Source: an uncultured bacterium (GTDB lineage: Bacteria > Fidelibacterota > Marinisomatia > Marinisomatales > UBA1611). From it: 28,481 bases of DNA. Shown here one piece after another: positions 28,401-28,481 of the stretch (positions are counted from its first letter, which is position 1; the number at the start of each line of letters is the position of its first letter). The notes below the pieces were generated by a model. The model ran no database searches and was not told where the DNA came from. It was given only the letters and a program-made list of their open reading frames with translations. The DNA lies in the NCBI GenBank assembly GCA_965660855.1, contig CBFIBM010000002.1, positions 129,073 to 157,553 on the forward strand. Direction: 5' to 3'. The position numbers and the translations under genes are program-made.

Positions 28401-28481
28401 TAAATAAAATATTAACTTCTTTAAAATTCGGCGGTATTTCTTGATTCACATCATTAGTTCGAGGGCGTCCCAATTCACTAC
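25402..28481 (-). CDS. porU: PorU-like C25 (gingipain-family) cysteine peptidase with a FlgD-Ig/T9SS-CTD-like C-terminal domain; 5'-truncated
   Basis: IIFYGRGP, IYNEFSAG, LLLGDG, GRFPA, IADD, YIGHG (His), VGTCSFGHFDDP (Cys), STTR and LFGDPA, then a C-terminal VYNFPNPF...WDGFD...GVYIYKL. The frame stays open past TTG 28473 to the window edge (..AGT GAA TTG), so the true start lies outside the window. Confidence 0.8.
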   Translation of the reverse strand, partial: SELGRPRTNDVNQEIPPNFKEVNILFIGEDDDTFNNNDKIIFYGRGPSGFNAINNELIWKQNIYYNLSNCWLFIPDDESLRGKRIKNSVQPEIGTIIDYGLSKIHLETDILNLEASGTEWVSNSINSGNSQTIILDLPSPKIGGTLNFNSRLRGASASTGIAFHSISLHFGNENNTIIGNTINWSGNAARSISSTSNDLPLIDGINFFYLKNSSDDDNSAPFLDYTEIQYDRKLIVNENFSFKSPIKNQNTRFSFTGVYDSNFLLWDITNPENAQNLVIENNGFCSVNTSSDTVSHFISFNINDIDNITELQIIEDENFSRLRNTNLSADYIIIGPEEFRNLTDDLINLRNPAIYASLEDIYNEFSAGNKDPISIRTFIQWTQEMWETPRANCLLLLGDGGYDYRNITGQSSIVVPTVQVQSYRSYATDDLLVTIYGNLPEIATGRFPAKNSNEVINFVNKILDIENNSILGPWRQKVTLIADDAARPEPNHGSISTGKSHTLNSEQLAELIPSKIYTEKLYMMEFPEVGDASAYGVVKPDATQALINSINYGTALISYIGHGSPTQLAQEKLLALERGDINKINNTGKLPIWIVGTCSFGHFDDPLTESFAEELIRSPSNAASAVISTTRPISVVGNERYTYDLFDNIFQNGQISDAKIGFIVQSIKDGSNESQYFHLFGDPALKIPMPKNSIINLSINPDTLLTLEIGSFIGSQELISENGEGYIILYDAEKQVTREYQIMSETYSLSYSLSGPTLFRGKFSVDGETFSGQVRIPKDISYSNNSSKMIIYINDNSNELLGSIDNIILKGGLESNDISGPIISFETIEGQRLESGDHLSYNDPLIIRISDPIGINLTDELGHEILITNQVNNIVSNYTNQFIYDQNSITTGTFPYATSDARIELIVKAWDSANNQSNKEVVIFTQSNETLKLNNVYNFPNPFSKSTDFTFEINNSANVKIDIFTIGGRKIKTISLPNTSSGYHNISWDGFDQFGGNIAKGVYIYKLKATNQNSSSSHIGRCAKY

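Noticed and set aside
28471..28473. TTG 28473 as the true start of the PorU-like gene
   Set aside because: The frame is open to the window edge and no signal peptide follows this codon, so the gene is truncated by the window.

Overview
AT-rich (roughly 30% GC by eye), very densely packed bacterial housekeeping region; every real gene except rpmB is on the minus strand. In transcription order from the right edge: a 5'-truncated PorU/gingipain-like C25 peptidase with an Ig-like C-terminal domain, maf, a RodZ-like HTH membrane protein, then a dcw cluster (mraZ-rsmH-ftsL-ftsI-murE-murF-mraY-murD-ftsW-murG-murC-murB-ftsQ-ftsA-ftsZ, without ddl) that ends at a bidirectional terminator shared with a lone rpmB. 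Further left lie dusB, a tightly coupled pruA-carbamate kinase-sucC-sucD-ndk operon, and a lipoprotein gene missed by the ORF track that runs off the left edge in a 15-bp (PEIED)n repeat. Gene content and compactness suggest a streamlined FCB-group bacterium, possibly Ca. Marinimicrobia (inference, not verified). I found no rRNA, tRNA, CRISPR array or mobile element. The best leads are the amino-acid catabolism/substrate-level phosphorylation operon, the PorU-like protein with no porV downstream, a recurring TTG-N19/20-TAAnnTTG promoter motif, and the unannotated lipoprotein with a possible homopolymer frameshift at its start.
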